From a candidate division FCPU426 bacterium (GTDB lineage Bacteria > Oederibacteriota > Muellerivitia > Muellerivitales > Muellerivitaceae): a stretch of 64,000 bases of DNA. Below the pieces are notes generated by a model. The model was given only the letters and a program-made list of their open reading frames with translations. It was not told where the DNA came from and did not search any database. Each line of letters opens with the position of its first letter. Within the stretch, counting starts at the first letter, position 1. A program made the position numbers and the translations under genes. Where the stretch lies: contig CAVYSE010000018.1 in NCBI GenBank assembly GCA_963771075.1, forward strand, positions 64,001 to 128,000. Reading direction: 5' to 3'. Below, piece after piece: positions 60,151-64,000 of this stretch.

Positions 60151-61860
60151 TCATTCAATCCTCAAACCTGCCGCTTTAACCTCCAACGTCAAACTTCTTT
60201 CTTTCGTGAGCGTCACCATTCCCATGGGTGCCCCGGGGATGCGCCTCACATTTTTCTTTTCGGTGTAACTCACGGTCACCTTTTCCCCGGCCTTGGCCTT
60301 GCTGCGCGTGGCCGCGGCCTGGGCCGCCATATGGATGAGTTCAAGGGTGGGTACGGCCCCGCGCTGGAGGCGGCGGAGCAAAACATGGGAACCGGGCAAA
60401 TCCCGCACATGGAACCAGAGGTCCTCCGGCTGGGCCAGTTGGAAGGTAACGTAATCATTGGCGGCGGCGGAAGTGCCCGCGCAAAGCTCGAATTCCTTTC
60501 CGATTTTTTCCCGGAAAATATTGGGGGTCGGCACCTTTTCAATCCTGGGCTTGGCGGTTTTGAGCCTGACGGCCTTCTCGACCGGGAAGAGTTCCTGGTG
60601 GGCCTTCTTAATCTCCCGGGGGTCTTTGAGGGCGGGCAGGCTCCGCTGGGCCGATTTCAACTGCTCGATCCGGGTCTTGACCTCGTTTTCCCTTTTTTCA
60701 ACCTGGGCCAGTCCCCTCGATCCCTTTTGGGCCTTCTTGAAATAACGCTGGGCGTTCAGGAGGGGAGTGGCTTCCGGGTCGAGGGGAACGCGTTGAAGCT
60801 CGGGGTTTCCCCGGATCACGTCCTCCAAGACCGTCTCGGACTGGTGGATCTTGATCTTGTGAAGCTGGGCCATGATCAGTCTCGCCCCACCATTGGTATT
60901 GGTCGGACCGTTCGGCTTCGGCCGGTCTTTCTTCAGCTTTTCCATGATCCGTTTCTCATGCTTGAGCGCCTTGGCGATCTCGCTTTCCAAGGTGGTTTTT
61001 TGGGAAAGCCAATGGCGGTGCTGGTTGTCCAATTGGAACAACCGGGAGAGGGCCTGATAGGCGGTGGGGAAGGTTTCCCTTTCCTTGGCCGTGGGAATGG
61101 ACTCGTGGAAGAGGCGCAGGACCGGGGGCGGGCCCAGGAACAGGATGAAATCATGCCAAGGGCCCCTCCAGCGCAAGCTTTTTCACCCGGTCCCATTCGG
61201 TAAAGGCGCCGTCGCTAAAGCTTTCCAGGTAGACCGGAAAGCTCAGGGTCGGTGCCCCGCAAATCGGTTTTCAGCCAAGGTCCGAGGGGCGGACGGCCCG
61301 CCATGGGCCCAGAGAGCTTGGAGGGACGATGGGTCCAAATCCCAAAGGTTGGGCTTGTCCCCGGGCTGGGGGGCGGGGGAATAGGGGACCTGGGGAAGCA
61401 CCGGCCTTTCCGAGTCGTTGCGGTAACGCAGGGCGCTGATGATCCCGCCGTCGCCGCCGATCAGGATCAAATTCGGATACTTGGGGAGCCCCTCGAAGAT
61501 CAGCTTGAACGGACCGTCGTGGGTCTTCAAAAGAATCTGGATCACCCTTTGGCCGGGTTCCTGGACCACGTCCAGGACCTGGGCGTAATCCAGGTTCTTG
61601 CGCAGGGACCTGCAAAAATTGGGAGGCTTGTCCAGGGCGGGAGGTTTTTGATCGGTCAGGAAGAGGATCGGCTTCAGGGCCATCAGGGCCGTGACCAGGT
61701 AATAGGTTCTGCCGGTCGGGGTGGTAAAGGGACAACTCCACATGGTCGGGGGAGGACTGGGAGACGTGGGAGACCCTTGAACCGGGTAATAGGGATTTCA
61801 GTTCCCGGGCCAGCAGGGTGGCGAGTAGGGGTGTCAGGTTTGGGTCCTCAAGGTTGGCAT
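60151..61860 (-). pseudogene. NFACT/RqcH (FbpA-like) gene with multiple frameshifts
   Basis: NFCRSLRKNL, NLILI, NAQRYFKKAQK, WFHVRDLPGSHV spread over several frames. Confidence 0.8.
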
Positions 61861-61969
61861 TGGGTTGAATTTTACCATTTTGTTTGAAGGGTAGGGCCCT
61901 TGTTTGGGGGGGCCGGGGGGAATAAACTGAGGAAGATACAGGGTGATCGCAAGGCTCAAGGGGACGCGG

Positions 61970-63650
61970 ATGGATCAGCCATGGCTATCTTCTTATGACC
62001 GGGGAGTGCCAAAAACCCTTGAATACCCGGAATGCACCCTTCCGGACCTGCTCCAACAAACCGCCGAAAAGTACCCCCGCCATTCCGCGATCCATTATTT
62101 CGGTTCGACCCTCACCTACCGGGAACTCAACCAAAAAGTCGACCAATTCGCCAATCTTTTGATCCGGGAGGGCGTCCAACCCGGCGACCGGGTGGCCCTT
62201 TACCTGCCCAACTGCCCGCCTTGTGTCATCGCCTTTTTCGGGGCCATGCGGGCCGGGGCGGTGGTGACGCAATTGAACCCCCTCTACTCCAAAACCGAGA
62301 CCGTCCACCAGCTGAAAGATTCGGGGGCGAGGGTGGTGGTGTCGCTGGACCGGTTCGTGCCCATCCTCGATTCGATCATTGAGGAATGCGGCCTTCGAAA
62401 AATTTGGCTGACCCGCATCAACGATTATTTCGCCAAACCCCTGAAGTGGTTTTATCCCCTGCGCGCGATGGCGCAAAAGTCCTGGGTGCGTTGGCCGGAT
62501 AAGGCCATTTACCGAAGTTTCGTGAAGGACCTGGATTCGGCTCTCGGCGCCAGTCCATGCCCTGTCCCTGGCGAAGATGGACGACACGGCCATCCTGCAA
62601 TATACCGGCGGAACCACCGGGGTTTCCAAGGGCGTGATCCTGACCCAGCGGAACCTGGTGGCCAACGCTTACCAGTGCAAGTTGTGGTTCCCGGGCATTC
62701 CCGACGGGAGCGCGGTCTTTTTGATCGCGGTGCCGATTTTCCATTGCTACGGCTTGACCGCGGGCATGAACTTCGCGCTTTTCAAAGCCTCGCCCATGGT
62801 GCTCCTGCCCAAGTTCGACGTAACGCAGGTGCTGGAGGCCATCCAAAAATACAAGGTGGCGGTTTTCCCGGGTGTGCAGGCCATGTACAACGCCATCAAC
62901 CAGCATCCCCGGACCTCCCATTACGACCTTCGAAGCATCGTGGCCTGCCTTTCCGGCGCCGGGCCCCTGCACCTGGAGGTCCAGAAGAAATTCGAGGAGC
63001 TGACGGGCGGGCGTGTCTCGGAAGGCTACGGGCTGACCGAGGCATCCCCCGTCACGCATTGCAACCCCATTTTTGGAAAACGCAAGATCGGGTGCATCGG
63101 CGTGCCCTTTCCGGGTACGGATTGCAAGATCGTGGACTTGGAGACGGGCAAGAAGACCCTGGGCGCGGGGGAGGTCGGCGAGATTATCGTCAAAGGCCCG
63201 CAGGTCATGCAGGGCTACTGGAACCACCCGGAAGAAACCGCCAAGGTATTGAAGGACGGATGGCTTTATACGGGGGACATCGGGACCATGGACGCCGACG
63301 GGTTCTTTTCCGTCGTGGACCGCAAGAAGGATATGGTCAAGGTCGGGGGTGAAAGTGTATTCCCGCGCGAGGTGGAGGAAGTTTTATTCCAGCACCCCAA
63401 AGTCCTGGATTGCGTGGTGGCGGGCGTGCCGGACGCGGCCATGGTGCACAAGGTGAAGGCCTACATCGTTTTGAAACCGGGCCAATCGGCCGATCCCCAG
63501 GACATCATCGATTTTTGCAAGGGGCAAATGGCGAAATACAAGGTCCCCAAGGACGTGGAGTTCAGGGAGTCTTTGCCCAAGAACATGATCGGGAAGATGC
63601 TGAGGCGGTTGCTGGTGGAAGAAGAAAAGGAAAAACTAAAGAAGATTTAA
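61970..63650 (+). CDS. fadD: Long-chain fatty acid-CoA ligase with +1 frameshift near 62560
   Basis: PWLSSY, YTGGTTGVSKG, GYGLTE, TGD, DRKKD; split between ORFs 61943 and 62577. Confidence 0.85.
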
Positions 63651-63692
63651 CCGCCAAGACGCAAAGACGCCAAGGGAACCTTTGGAGGATTT

Positions 63693-64000
63693 ATGGTAGA
63701 GAATTTTCCATATTGTTTATCGGGGGTTGATGATTCGTTATTTGAAGGAAAGATTAAGAATTTTGCCTCGGGTGATAGGTTGCGCTTCAAAAGTATTGTT
63801 ATTTATCGAGATAAGAATTGTATTTATGTGACTACCGAGGGAAATACGACTCCTGAGAATGCAATCGACGAAACGAAAGCAATTTTTGATGTTGCTCAAA
63901 AACAATTGGAAGAAATAACAAATCGGAGCTTTGACTTCAAAAAGTTGATAGATGGTGTTTCAGTTGAGTTTTTACTGTTTGGCCCAATAGGTAATTTTCT
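63693..64000 (+). CDS. AT-rich hypothetical protein, runs off the window end
   Basis: GGAGG RBS, open frame MVENFPYCL... to the end; preceded by an octamer repeat at 63652. Confidence 0.6.
   Translation, partial: MVENFPYCLSGVDDSLFEGKIKNFASGDRLRFKSIVIYRDKNCIYVTTEGNTTPENAIDETKAIFDVAQKQLEEITNRSFDFKKLIDGVSVEFLLFGPIGNF

Noticed and set aside
1..64000. tRNA, rRNA or prophage genes
   Set aside because: None recognised by eye; a covariance-model scan was not possible

Overview
Bacterial chromosomal window in three blocks. (1) 0.2-18.5 kb: an AT-richer Wzx/Wzy-type surface-polysaccharide cluster (aminotransferases, ATP-grasp/HAD/WbqC fusion, methyltransferase, flippase, polymerase, several GT2/GT4, a kinase and a nucleotidyltransferase/NMP-kinase fusion) with an intact IS4 insertion. 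(2) 18.5-43 kb: a heavily rearranged GC-richer region. Sugar genes (GT4 paralogs, gmd, fcl, rfbD) are interleaved with five toxin-antitoxin pairs, three AAA+/DUF4143 ATPases and a membrane-anchored ParB-like protein with a truncated duplicate. It also holds an IS3 remnant, an IS1111-type IS110 and several interlinked repeat families. (3) 43-64 kb: a giant NHL/beta-propeller/Thr-rich surface protein with a PorV-like partner, pyrK-pyrD-pyrF-pyrE and housekeeping genes. The most interesting signals are in block 2. First, a 435-bp non-autonomous element with perfect 28-bp IRs and no target duplication, whose ends mostly join truncated genes. Second, a ~66-bp double-hairpin module with compensatory base changes, found both in-frame inside the ParB-like ORF and in intergenic GT fragments. 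Third, an IS110 whose readable bridge-RNA guides point at a dispersed GGGGTCAGGC repeat lying at cassette boundaries. Fourth, three toxins of two folds that share an appended EPxAxY plus Lys-rich tail. All family assignments come from motif recognition by eye; no searches were run. Several single-base frameshifts may be sequencing errors.
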